Below, one piece after another: positions 26,249 to 40,320 of a DNA stretch of 64,000 bases. Position 1 is the stretch's first letter; every line of letters starts with the position of its first letter. The DNA lies in contig NW_002060946.1 in the NCBI RefSeq assembly GCF_000150275.1, positions 308,269-372,268 of the forward strand, written 5' to 3'. The notes below the pieces were generated by a model that worked only from the letters and a program-made list of their open reading frames with translations, did not search any database and had not been told where the DNA came from. This DNA is from Trichoplax adhaerens. Lineage: Eukaryota; Animalia; Placozoa. The position numbers and the translations under genes were made by a program.

Positions 26249-29200
26249 TTATCTATTCTTGGCATTATCTTTAGGAATATCTACCTGTAATAACAAAATT
26301 AGTAAAATACATTTCGTTACATAGGCTGCGTTATATCCCATTCAATTCGAACACATTGGACACTTGGCAATGCTTGTTATCGTTCGTTATCGTCTTTTAA
26401 GAATAAGTATAAAAGTCTACCACTCATGACTCAAGCAATCAGCATACAGTATATTCATATGAACTGCTTATTATTGCAATTTACTCGCAACGCGATGTAC
26501 AAACCTTTACATCATCGGCTCCTACCAATTTATGGGTTGTATCAGTCGGGACTGCTCTATTTACATAACCACCTTTCGATTTCATTTGACTTTTAATACT
26601 ATCGAACTGTAATAATGAAAAAAAGAAATTATTACTTTAACCACTTCGCTAAGGCTCATAGTAGAAAACTGCGATACTACGACATTGTGGAGAATTTATC
26701 CATGTATGGAGTACGTATATGATATCATTAATATCAAATATGAAAATGATGATCTAGCGTAATTCGATGGTACATTATTTACGATTTATCTATTATAATT
26801 AATTCATGGTGCTCGTCTTGAAAACTTATGTTATAATCGTGGATTAGAATGCAATACTAAAAATGAAAACGAGCTGAAAGCAAGTCAGATGTTGGAAAGA
26901 TAAAGTTTTCACAATTTTTGCACAAAGTAATACAGCAGTAAAGCAAAGATGTTGAATAATTATGACTGAACGAAGCTTCATAAAATTGTGGTATCTTATA
27001 GTAAATCACGAAGCGTATTCACTACTATAGATCGATTACGTCATATCAATTACAGTCAAGTCGTGAAATATCGCCTAAGAACGTTTAGTGTTAACAAATC
27101 GTGAAAATATTAAATAAATAATCAATGGCTATGAGCAACATTACGTCAAAAATTGGATAGAGGGTTAAAAACGGCTGTCTTGAAGTTAATAATGACAGAA
27201 GATTTTTAGTTCGATTCTAGTGTATTGCACACTGATTAACAAATATCCCTCCACCAAAATGTATTAAATAGTGACATTTTATTTTGCTAGTTTGTTGGAT
27301 TGGAGGTGAGAGCAACAGAGGTGAATATAAATAATATATACAGTAGGACACAGGAGGGAAGCATTACTTCTTATCTTTGCTAAACTATAACAAGATACTT
27401 TAATTCATTCAACCAGTCTAATCGAATATACACATGTTATGAACGATTGATAATAATAATATACGAATCTCTAGAAATATCTTAAACACCGTTTATGCAT
27501 TAAACTGGTCAATAAAATTGATCATTTCAATATCGCTTTAACGTCTAATTCTCTATTATCATTTACAATTTATTCAATCCATAACTGTGCGTATCAGCGA
27601 GTTCCATTCTCATAGGGTACAGTATCAATTTTCTAAACTGAAATGCTTTCGCAACGATGTTATAAGAAATGGATTGATTTGAATGAAACTGAGGCAAAAT
27701 GTCAACGAAACAAAAAATTACAATATGCAAAGAAGAATTTATTTATAAAATTGGCCAAACAATAAACTGTAAGCGCAATTGCAAGATGTGCTCCTTGGAC
27801 GAATATCATTCATACCTCATTATCTACTCCTGAATGGCTATCGCTGGCCCCCAAATGTCCGGTATGCTGTTGGCGTTTAATAAAAAAAGAAAAGACATCA
27901 TTAGATCGCTAATGTAGTAGATAATACAATACAGAAGCCAAAAGAGGATACGTAATATTTCGGTCAAAGACCTACAATGACTAGGAGCTTCATTCTCTTA
28001 CTGTACAGTAATGATATTTCAAGGTAGTTTTAATCTACTTGGGAAAAACATTGGGATATGATTGGAATATAGTAATAACAGTGATACTATGTTTATTTGA
28101 GGGTGTGTGAAATCATCACAATACTTGATATGCTAGGCATAAAAGTTGCTTAATTGGTTGCGGCTTCAATTTTTTTCTCTTGCTAATTACATTAATTCCA
28201 TTAGCATAGTGCAATTACATCATCACTACATCACTGTTTGCGCTTTTTTTTGGACATGCAAGTAGCTTTCTACTTTGCCATTCCAACTATAGCACAAGAC
28301 AATAAAAGATGGGGCAAATGACTTGTTGACTTTAGACTAGAAATAGGCGTAGTGTACGTATAGAACTTGTACAGTAGAAGTATGATACGGATGAATTAAC
28401 AAATGTTGCAGCCATTTTCAACTAATAAGTTGACAAACAAGACAGATTATGCATTAGGTCATCAATTCTAATCCGTAATGTAGGCACTAGCACCGATGTG
28501 TACATTGATAATTACTCTTGTAACTTAATAATATTGGTGCAAAAAGTAGCTGATCTTTCTTTCGTTGAGAACATTTATATCATTCATGGACAAAAATAAG
28601 AAATGAAAATATCAAAAACTTCCAACCTGAAAACTAGTAGGAGCTCCAATCGCCGAGCGATCAATCCTTCTCGGTGGCTAATAAGAAAAAGCACAAGAGC
28701 AATATACATGATAGCATTAGTTTCTAACTCAATACAATATACGCTCGATGTCGTTAAAGTTAGAATATTTGCAAGGGTAGTATTTTTTTTTTAATGTATC
28801 TACCATGGCTAATAACTCTCCTATTGGTCAGGAATATACATGATAGTATTCGTTTCGAACTCAATGCAATATACGCTCGATGTCGTTGAAGTCAGAATAT
28901 TTACAAGGGTATCTTTTTTTTTTTAATGTATCTATCATGGTTAATAACTCTCCTATTGGTCAGGAATGGATAGAATTGGACATCCAAGTCTAATTGATTC
29001 TACAGTATTGTAGTGTATTGGCGTAGTCAAGCGTAAAATTTGTAATTGACGAGAAAACAATTACCATCCTATCCGTAGTCGTACGCAGGCGGATATCTTG
29101 TTGTGAAAGCGGCGATGTCAATTTTGCCCTAACTGTATCATCATGAGTACTATCATAACATAGAGCGAATTATTCATCGATTGACTTTATCCGATCAATA

Positions 29201-29364
29201 TGTCTAGAATGATGAGTTTATCGGCGACATACGCGTTTTCATTTTTACAAAATTGATTGATACTTGAAAAGTACAAGATCCGCTAGGCACATGGTAGACA
29301 CTAGACCCGTTCTCTATCATCTCCTATACCGTAGTCGTATGGCTGGATTGGCAATAAGTTCCAT
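26249..29364 (-). CDS. CDC42SE: CDC42 small effector protein (SPEC/CDC42SE family, CRIB domain)
   Basis: Exons 28627-28677 (PPRRIDRSAIGAPTSFQ), 27816-27866 (HTGHLGASDSHSGVDNE), 26505-26606 (FDSIKSQMKSKGGY...) and 26249-26284 give a CRIB motif plus the QMxSKGGY signature. Upstream exons 29065-29128 and 29330-29364 are tentative. Confidence 0.85.
28703..28965. repeat. ~130 bp tandem duplication in a CDC42SE intron
   Basis: aatatacatgatag...aatatacgctcgatgtcgtt...aataactctcctattggtcaggaat occurs twice. Confidence 0.85.
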
Positions 29365-32300
29365 AGTGCCATTCCTTTTAGCACCGGTAATAACTCGTTG
29401 CAGCGAGCGATGAATAAGATGAAAAGTGGAGCACAATGTGTTGTTTAAAAGTATCCAATCTACATGCATCTAGTACAGTACAGAACAAGACTGACAACTC
29501 GCATGTCCAAGTTGTATCATTTGTTAATGGGATTTCACTTAGTGCTGTACTAAATTAGTTCTCAACATCCATGAAAAGATTTCAATAGACAGAAAATGTT
29601 GTCTTCAGTCCTGTCAAGACATCAGCGATTCAATCACCCCAAAGATATTCAATTTGCTACAAAAAACCAATTTGATGAAGCGTAGGCGATTTCAACGCTA
29701 CGCCATGATGATCCATTTTGAATGCTGGTTTTTTTAGATGGTTTCTATTTGTTGGTGGGCCTATCGTTAGCCTATCAATCTTTGTTGATCATGTCTTTTG
29801 GATACTAGCTCTATCATGGTATTCCATGCTAAACTCTCATCCTACACATGGTGTCCATAATCTTGCATCAAAAATAGCTCTAAAATACCTGATTTGTTTC
29901 AACGTTGCAGCAAGGAAAGCACACCATATACGACATATCGACCGGCCCACACACCGACGCTAAATCAACCTATCAGATGGGGTAAGTACTACACTTGACC
30001 TCGTTGACTGTCACTTCAACTAATCTAATCTATCTAGTATCAACACAAAAGCCAACTGATTATCCCACAAGTGCAATTTTCAACGTTCAAATCGATACCA
30101 TCCACCCAAAAATGGCAATCTTCTTACTTAAACAATTCTTTACTACTGTAATCCAAGTCGATAATCACGACTGCCGCTGCTGCATTCGATGTTGATCAAA
30201 GTAATCCACTAGCCAAGTGAGTTTAAGTGACGAAAAAGGCCGCAATTTCTCCTAGCCCCTGTAGAAAAACAATCTTGTCAAAACATCCAGTAGTGCAACT
30301 TCTTTTGTTTGGACTGTACACTTCGCACTGTATCGCATGGCCAGCGTGGATAGTACTGTATAAAGTACTGTACACCAGGGACTTGCTACTGAAGACCTAC
30401 AGTACTGTACTGTAGTATGTTGTCAGACGATCTTCTCCTAGTTACCACCAGTGACTAGTATCATGCACAATGCACGGACGATGGCACATGTTACAGTATG
30501 GTAGTACCGGTGCCGTTGTCGGCGGTATGCTTACCATCAGTACAGTTATTACTCGTTACTAGTGTAAAGTGAGTGGAAAGCGGAATCAAAATTGCCAATT
30601 TTGCAAGGCATACCGTAGTGTGACATGTACTCTAGAGACCCTCTATACACTACATCCGCCATATCGATTGATGTATATTTCGTTCAAAAATAGCCAAGAA
30701 AAAGGATTTGATGTCCGCTAATTTCTACGCCGAAAAATGGCGGATATACAGTACTCTACTCTACAGTCTACAGTATAGGACAGATTGCTAATCTGCCATT
30801 CTATTTGTAAAATAGATGTCATGAGTTACGCATCAATTGAAACTAGAATCGAACGATGAGATAGGTCTCTCTACGACATCCATTTTACACATTGTACAGT
30901 ACAATGGTGACATCATACAGTATTTTTATTCTTTACTATGACTGCCCATGCCAATAGGCCATGACTCATGCAATCATGCCGTCGGACAAGTACAGTCAAT
31001 CATGACTTGATAATGCTCCACAAAACAATAGTTTCAATCACGACAGTGACGTATATGGATTACGTACAAATAGGTATAATAATCATCATAAGAACAATAT
31101 CTACTGTATCTATTCTGGAGTACAAAAATCGAGTGAACAGTAACGCAGTTGGCCATCTAAATATATCCATAAATAAATAAAATGATGTAGCGCTTACTAA
31201 ACTACAAGAAATACAGACAGTACATGGAAACTGATTTATTCATGCGTCGACGCGCGTATATTGGTAGCAGAATCGTAAATGGACATTGTCACTGATTAAG
31301 CGATTGGTCTGTAGTCGCCAAAAGAGGTTTAGCTATCACTGTAACTGGTACACAGGATGGATGGTAATAGGTTACATAACATGAATGTGATCCTCAATGA
31401 CAAAATTCACTACCTATCAAACGAAATGAAAGATAGAAATAAACGGAATCGATGCATTACTCGATACCACTGGATAATGCAGACTGAATTGAGTATCAGG
31501 ATACTTAGACGAGAATACAAGTGGACAATTTTGCCCTTGTCAGTGGTATTATTATCTACTGTACTGTACTGTACTATACAGTATGTGTATGTCAATATCT
31601 GAACTGTATTGATGATATTCGCCATCGTAAACTATAAACAGTAGACTAAAAATAGTATTATAATTAGCTACTGGTACGATTCTCCGGCCTGTCAGCGGTG
31701 GAGTAACAATTTTAACAACCAGTAAAAATCATATCTACTCTTTTTTAACCAAGTTACAGAATTCAGTATCATAAATTAATTGTGCTAACAGGAAGTAAAC
31801 ATAAAAATCACCATTTTATTTCCTAGCACATTACGCTTCAGTGCTATAATGCCACAGTAAAGAAGGACACGTATAAAACTGTACGCGATATTAGGTTATA
31901 TCGAAACAACGACAATGCATACAAATTTCACACGAGCTTCTCGGAGTCTTAATTTTAATAATCACATAGACTATAGACTGATTTACTCTCCAGTACGATA
32001 CAAAAATGATAGCAAGACTAATATAACAGAGTACTAATCTTAGATTGAACGATCTTAAAATTTATGCTGCCAAGAAAAAATTCAATCTATTCGATATGTT
32101 TGTTTTCCGATCATTATTCAATGGCTCGTAATTTTAAAAATGCAAACAACTTGTTTATATATAAATTTATATAGTCATAATAATTCCAGAAATTTGCAAG
32201 GGGCTAATACAGCATATCAGTCTTTATACTATAACTTTAAAAACAATCATTTTACATTGTCTTAGATATTATTTGAATTTGTCATGTTTTACAAAATAAC

Positions 32301-32434
32301 GTTATCAGTAAAGTCGTCATTAGCAATTGGCAACGACACGCATAACAAAGATTAAAATAGTTACTATTTTATAGTTGTCAGATACAGAAAGACTTATATC
32401 TGATTAGTATAATCTGTGTCTAAAATTGCATATT

Positions 32435-35400
32435 CTACACCATCGAGGACAATACTCCGGGTTCACGGTCGTTGTTACTGTCTACATCCCGTTCCATTTC
32501 ATCCTGTTCTGCATCATCTTGTTCACTATCTTCAATACTAGCTGACCTAACACGATTCTAGAAGGCAATGCGACGAATAGAAATGTAGAACTTTATCAAT
32601 ATCATTGACAGTAGTAACTACCATGACATATCATGCCAGTGAATGCGCGTGTCAATGATATCGTACCTCGAATTTCCCTTTCCACATCTGCTTTAATTCT
32701 GAACGTCGCCAAGCTGCAATAGAAGTGGGAATTAAAGTTAATGGAACGATGTACAATAATGCTGGTTGACCTCGGCCTGAAAGGATAAGCCCAACGAATG
32801 TAGCTATCAAGCCTATCACATATCCTACATTCGTAGATGAAATAAAGAAATGGGCCATTATATAGTGCTTGTTAACGTATGAATATCCTTTATTATTAAT
32901 TAAATAAAATCGATGTATATAATTAATCAATAGCCACATTACCAATTAATGATACTAGGAAGTACACTTTAATAGAATCATACGGCTTCTGGACATCAAA
33001 ACGATGGCAAAATGCGATAAACATTCCTGCAATTGATATTTACGTGTTATAATGCTGAATACCACAATAATTATATTCTACTGGCACAACAACACATATA
33101 GAAATACAAACCTGGGACAAGAATATCACCAAAGCCAAGAAGAGAATACATAGGATCGAAACACGTGTCAATATAGGCACTATGATAGAATCTCGGTACT
33201 TTTATCAGTAATGGTAGCTAAATAATAGTAAAAATTTGTGCAACAATAAGCTAATCAAAAGGACTGTATACTTTCGCTGAACACGGTCAAAAATGTTTAA
33301 CAAGCTGCCAGACAACTAACCTCTTCTCTTACAGTGCTTGTTGTCCAATTGCGGGCTTGGCTGCTTGTTCTGCCTCCACCAACAGCCACCTGAACCATAA
33401 TACTTTCCCCGTTCTTAATAGAGAAATGATTATTATTATTACTATTATTATTAATCCAGAAATCATCTCGGCTATTAGAACGCACTTTACTTTCGTAAGA
33501 ACAAGCATCTTATTATGTTACCTTTGTAATTAGAGGCGTGATAAATACAAAGAAGATATCATACAAGAACAGGAGAGTTAACAAAAACGTGCAGAACTGA
33601 AAGAAAATTACATAACATCATTGCATCAGTAAAATATAGTATGACCGCTTAAGCTACCTTATAAATTCTTACTACTCACTTTCAAATTAGGTAAAGCATA
33701 GTATTTCAAAATAACGATACAAAATGCGCAACTAAGCAGATCTTGAATAACCCAGCTATATCTACAATCCAATTTAATTTAATTCCATAATTATTAATAT
33801 ATGTGCAGGTAGAACTTCATTACATACAGTACAAGTGACATTTTATGCCAGTATTACATTTGATGGCGTTCGATAAGCCAGAAAATAACCAATGAAATAG
33901 ATAAACCTAGTAATACGATCTCTTTCATGGATAAGATATAAGGTTTTTGCATCAAATATGGTATCTTAATGGGCGGTAACCTGATTAGGAACAAATTACA
34001 AATTAATTTCACATGGAAGTCTGAAAACTGTGTTTTCATACATAAAACTATTGCTAATGTCTTTCATGGCTTACCTCGTATCTCCAAAATGAACATATGA
34101 CAAGAATGGATGAAATAAGTCGTAACATCCGTAAACGCAAAAGCCGCAATATATGACAATAATGAACCAAACTTGGAGGATATAATTTTTTATCAAATTA
34201 GTGTTATTATAAATTCAAGCGATAAAACAATTCTATCATGGTAAAAGAAATGTAAAAGCCCTCATTACAGTAATAAATTTACTCTCGCTTACCAAAATAA
34301 TTGTAGAAGAAATAAAGTAGCAGAAGGGTGGAGCAAAGTGCAATCAGGATGATCACAACAAAGATCAAAGTCATTTTTGATATTTGTTCTTTAATATTTT
34401 CTCGTGCATCTCTGCTACTATTTCGATCAAGTAATTCATCACCATCTTTATGAGAGCATTTATATGATTTTGAAAGGCAACATTGAATACATGGGATCCT
34501 ATTATGCAAAACGATATCCATTAACTTCTATCAAAGTAAATTGAATAAATAGGAGTACCATAGCTTGAAATTTCTCAATTAATCAGTTACCCGTGCCATC
34601 TCCGTTCCCATGGGACAGAGAGTAAACTACCAATTGTTATACAAAAAACCGCGATGAAGAATATAAGTAGGAAATTAGCATCAGCAGTTGGAATTATTGG
34701 CGAATAAAATTTCACACGGATGTCACTTTTCATGGACTAAAGACAGAACATGAGGATATGGAAATTAATAATAACAAAGATAGGCAAATTGCACTCCATC
34801 AACTCCACTTTGTTAATTGTATCTACACTCCTAAGCTACTGTAAATAGAGAGCATATAGCACATCAATAGCTAAATTAATAAGATTTTGTTATACTTTTA
34901 AAATGGTTAATATTACAATATCTGTATAATAAAAGCAACTCAGGTACAACTCATTATACCTGAAGCGATTTTCCAGCTGCTGCTGAAATAGCTAAAATCA
35001 TGATCGTCATGTTATCTTTCTTGGTTATGTTTGGACACGGATTTGCCTACAACAGTAAACAATTACTTTTAGTGACTGCACGGTGCACACACAGTGCGCA
35101 CGTCGCTATAGATATCATAGTAATACTCCTCGAGATTTTACGGAAAGACATTTACAAAAATGTACAATTTCAAAACAGGAGCTGTACTAAGTAGCAACTA
35201 CAACATTAAATGTAAGGTTTAAATACGCTACCGTATTAAGAGAGATTAAGAAGATAATAAATACTGTAACACTGAAATAACTTATCAAACTTGACATTAT
35301 TAGATAATATCACGTAGAAAGTCTACGAAAATCAGCTTATCTCTGCTGTTCGGAAAGCAATTTAAACATACCAAATACTGGTAACTAGCCAGTATAACGC

Positions 35401-37205
35401 CTTCAGCATGCATCGAATTCATGTTAGTGATGATATCGACGCAAGAGCAATTCGCTTTGTCGAAAGAAATCAACGCTACTTTGCCCTTTAGTAAATTGGT
35501 TTCGCTATCATCGTATAAACACCCAAAATGACTCTTTTTACCAATGCCAACTAAGGAATGGAACGTCTATAAGAGGAAATATTAATTCATAGTCAATCAT
35601 TTTTTTAATTCAATTGAGCTTTAGCACATGCTCCCACTAGGGCCATAATTTTCTATTATTTTTGCTTCAACAATACGTTTCCAACAGGTAAAGCTAATGC
35701 TACATACCATGGATTACTAAATTACAGTATCCAACAAATGCACCACCATCCACTGCAATGATAAATTTACACTGACTAGCACGTAGCAGTAGGTACATTA
35801 TATATATTTATAAACTGAGAAGTTAGGGTTAAAATTTATACAAGTAGAAAGTGTGCTCGTATCCATGGCCCGGAATAATATCTGTAGACACGACTAACAT
35901 TATTGATCAAAGACACTAATTTAATTACCGCATTCTGGGAAGATTTAGGAAGTGACACGTAAGGCGAGCTATACATTTATAAACTGAGAAGTTAGGTTTA
36001 AAATTTATACAAGTAGAAAGTGCGCTCGAATCAGTGGCCTATAATATTATCTGTAGACGCGACTAACATTATTGATCAAAGACACTGATTTAATTACCGC
36101 ATTCTGGGAAGATTTAGGAAGTGACATGTAAGGCGAATTATACATTTGTAAACTGAAAAGTTAGGTTTAAAATTTATAGAAGTAGAAAATGTGCTTGTAT
36201 CAGTGGCCCAGAATAATATCAGTAAACACGGCTAACATTATTGATCAAAGACACTGATAGAATTACCGCATTCTGGGAAGATTTGGGAAGTGACATGTAA
36301 CGCGAATTATACAAGACACAGATGTCGGCCGTATGAGATGATGATATTGCTCGCATAACACCAGTATGGCCATAAGTTACCTAAAATATGAATAACGAAA
36401 ATTAATAGATCAGTTATGATTGAGAATAAAGACGAGTTTATTATATAAGACAATATACTATATTAGGTTTGCGGCCGTAGTATTGCAAGCATTATAATTA
36501 CATACTGTACTAGTAAGATTTTATCATACTTGTACAAGAGTTGAGAGTCTTATTATATATACCTTATGTTCATGAAAATTATTTTCATACAGTGCGTCTA
36601 CACAGTAGTGGACGAGTAGAAAGCACATCTAACATCGCTAGCTAAGAGCGTAGAGCTAATATATTGTCGATTAGGTGAACCCTTAAGTTTGATTGCAACT
36701 TCGAATCACTTCTATACGAGTATCATTCTATAGTACATCATTGTTGATAATTGACATAGCCAGTGATTACTATTCAAGTGTATATGACATATACAGGCAG
36801 GTAGCACTAAAAGCTACCAACCCACATTGTTCTCACAGTCATACTCGCAGTTTGAGTCAAGTCGCTACATTGTATCCCTGAAGATCTTGATCATTTACAA
36901 TAATTCATGTATGCAAATTACGGTATTACTACTATTTATTGCATTTGAATGAAAAAGATAGCTCATGTATGTATACACTGACAGTAGTACAATAGCTTAT
37001 AACAGCAACTATTTTGTAAAATTGATGAATTTTGGAAAGAATACAACAACTATGATTGACTACTGCTTCCACTTTTAATGCATCATTCTTTACTAGAAAG
37101 TTGGAATCAAGTCCATATTACTACCTTGCCATTCTCAATTTTATCTACACAGTAGTGAATGTACAACAAGATCAGACACGATAAGAACAAATCGGTTGCG
37201 TTCAT
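32435..37205 (-). CDS. SPPL2: Signal peptide peptidase-like 2 (GxGD intramembrane aspartyl protease with PA domain)
   Basis: Signal peptide MNATDLFLSCLILLY...; PA-like ectodomain (LKGKVALI...ANCS); LYDIFFVFITP (YD), GESIMVQVAVG, LLGFGDILVPG (GxGD), GQPALLYIVP (PAL); acidic C-tail ending LSSMV* (stop 32437-32435). Confidence 0.93.
35803..36312. repeat. ~170 bp three-copy tandem repeat spanning the SPPL2 exon 2/intron 2 junction
   Basis: aattaccgcattctgggaagattt(a/g)ggaagtgaca at ~35923, ~36092 and ~36261; the last copy is the true exon end (..SLPKSSQNA|GTAATT). Confidence 0.9.
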
Positions 37206-39599
37206 TCATCTTCTATATTGATTAGCATGACGGCCAATATATGTAGCCATCGGTAGATTATAAGTATTTTTAAGTTCAAACGACTTGATTTTATGCCGTT
37301 GTTGGTTCTACTGAAGTAGCGAATTCTGTTGTGGAGACGTCTGTGGACTGTCTCGAGTTGCAATTGTATTCTTTGCATTGTTTACGATCTACTCGTCAAT
37401 AGAATTAGCATTGCTAATCATCATCGTAATCTTTCCTTCCAATTTTTTTTATGCTACCGTATAAAAATTGAATGCGACAATGATACCCTACAAATTAGCC
37501 ATTGATTATCATTCGATACAGGAGTGGAATTGCTTGTGAAAGTGTATCAAAAAGAATCGCAATAACGTTGTTGCTAGAAACTTGCAAAATTTTTTACACT
37601 TTGTATCCAGAAGTTGATACTGGTGTGGCGGAAGTACAGGACTGCATAGTCAACATAGTCAACACGACGTCGGCTTTCGTACGGGTACAGTAATCACTAC
37701 CAAATCGACCTACCTTGAACGATAAACACGTAACAACCAACAAAAACAGCATAGATGATTTATCGAGCGCCATTGCAATGTAGTCTCGTATATACTATAT
37801 TGCATCACTGTAAGCCCACTTTGATCGTTAAAATAAGGTAGGCGGCCAAAGAATAACTTCAATCCGGCAAGACAACGGACTATAGCTTCTCTTCTTGCTC
37901 TTGGGGTTCTCGATTTGGTCAAGTTTACTGTGACTGTTTACAGTACTGACGCTCTTTTTGTTCCTATACTGTACACTGTACACTGTACAGTACTGTCATC
38001 CAAAATGTCTCCAGTCGCAGGATGGTGCTGAGATGCGAGTCCCTGATACACAGTTTGACACTGACTTTTCCTACAGTACCGTCTCATCATGATACTGTAA
38101 GGCTTTTTGCTTATGGCCTAATACAGACTACTATAGTACTGTACAGTGTACAGTACTGTATAGTAAATCTAGATTTGGTGTACTGTACAGTACTGTAGAC
38201 ACTTCATTAGTGTACAGTACTGTACTGTATGCCTGATATCGCAATACAGAGATTTTTTATAATGTACAGTCTACAGTTGCTCAATTAACCTCATTTTAAT
38301 CAATTAAATTAGAAAGCCAAATTATTCAGCTTTATATTCGTATCATTTTTTTACATTTTGATTCACTCTCGTGATTTTGGGCCACCTTAAAGTACTCTAA
38401 TTCGAACTGCTTCACACTCTGTTACAGTACTTTAAGAAAGCAACATCTATCCATACAAAACATGTCAAAAGACATAGAAATAGTTTCTATACAGGACAGT
38501 ACTTTTATATACTGTACAGTACTACGCACTTTTAGCCATCCAAACATCTACAGTACAGTACTGTACTGTGGGTTAATGTACTGTACAGTGTACACTGTAC
38601 AGTATAATGTCGTCGACCAATGACATCCGTATTCTTCGATATGTTTGAATAGTTAAAAAACTACAAGTAAAACGCTTAAAAATAACCAATCGTTATGAAC
38701 CTTCCTATACAGATAGGTCTCATGTTAAAGAAAGTGATCTACTAATTGATTCATCTTTATCCCGATGACAATTTAATATTAAAACCATACATTGGCGATC
38801 AATTTTGTACAAATTGATTCAAAAATCGGAATATCCAATACCATACTGTACTGTACAGAGCTGTACAGTCTACAGTCTACAGTACTGTACAGTATACTGT
38901 ACTTCGAGTACAGTACTGTACTGTACTGTCCATCGGATTATAGTGACATATATTTCACGTATAATTTAATGCTTATACTTTCTACTTTGCATTATTACTG
39001 TCACCTCGTACCACTCACTGGTCGAAACGTAGCGCACAGTAGTAAATGGACACCAAGGCCACCCTTTTTTTTTCTAATGGCATTTTGCCAAAGTTGCTAC
39101 CGCCATCAGTGCGATCAATTGGTGATTTCTGTCTTTGCCGACTCTGCAAGTAGCATTATTGAATATTGAACGGTGCTTATGGACGATTGTACGTACAAAT
39201 GTCCTTGAATATGAGTGCATACTCACTCAACAGTATTTGCCGTACATAAGGGCTTGTCAAACATGCACTTTTGTTTGGCAAATATCGCGCTGGAAATGGT
39301 TCATGTGGTTCCTTACCACTTCATCTACCATTCAATTTAAAAAAATTGGAATAAAAGGCCTTTCTTTCCCTGGCGCACCAAAAGCATTTGTTATGGCAAA
39401 GAATTCCTATTAATATTACAGTTCAGCTAGTGTAGTAACTTAGCCAACTGGATTAAGTAGATTAATTACATCATAGCCATTACTAGAGCAAGTAATCCTT
39501 TTGATGCGGGTGCGCCTATTATGATTTTGATAGTTTCTATGGTCAGTTACGGTATTACCGCAACATGATAGTACTGTATAAATCATAGTCTGCAATATG

Positions 39600-40320
39600 C
39601 TATGATCACATATACTGTGCTGTAGTGCATATTCGTGTAAAATGTTGATTAATCTGTGAGCGTAAATAATTGGGGAGTATCTTATAAACTCCGTTAGGTA
39701 TATTAGGATCCCACTGAAAGTTATCAATAGACGTTTACAACAATAAATGCCGGATTGTCGGCTATGGCCAAGCTGGTTAGATGGAGTAGGGTACGACTGT
39801 AGTTATAAAATATCAATTCTTCGTTGTTGCCAGAACTTTACAAGCAAAAGCTACTTGAAGTATAATTCTAATTACAATCAACCTTCCATAAATAAGAAAC
39901 ATTGATAATAATAATTAATTATAAATAATACTTTACTCTCTCACTGTACCATGAAATTTTAATTTCAATACTTAAAATTCGAATCAAACCAGTTCAAAAA
40001 CAAATACAGAATGTTAATCCTATATAAACTTTTATATCCTTTGACAGTCCCAACGGTTGAGTAATAAATAATACTAACGTAATAGTTCTGTTTTGTATTG
40101 GAGAAAATTCATTTCATATCCTTATAAACTGCTGTTATCATCTTCCGTTCTGTCAAGAGTAAGTACTAAGAGATATATTGGCGATGTTTTGGCATTTCAG
40201 CAGTACATGTTCTACATAACAAGGCCCCAAATCTTATTTCTACAGAATAACTTAAAAAGTCAATTCATTAAAATTTCATTAAGAAAGTTTGCGGATTTCT
40301 TTATCGAGTAGGCAATAGGG
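39600..40320 (-). pseudogene. Decayed class A GPCR remnant
   Basis: In order: TM3-like TSPIYLLVLTLDR (~40185-40149), TM6-like YFITTVVPYSI (~39810-39780), TM7-like ILIYLTEFIRYSPIIYA; interrupted by stops and frameshifts. Confidence 0.55.

Noticed and set aside
35803-36312. Repeat arrays as CRISPR
   Set aside because: Whole units are duplicated with no unique spacers, no cas genes, and a eukaryotic context.
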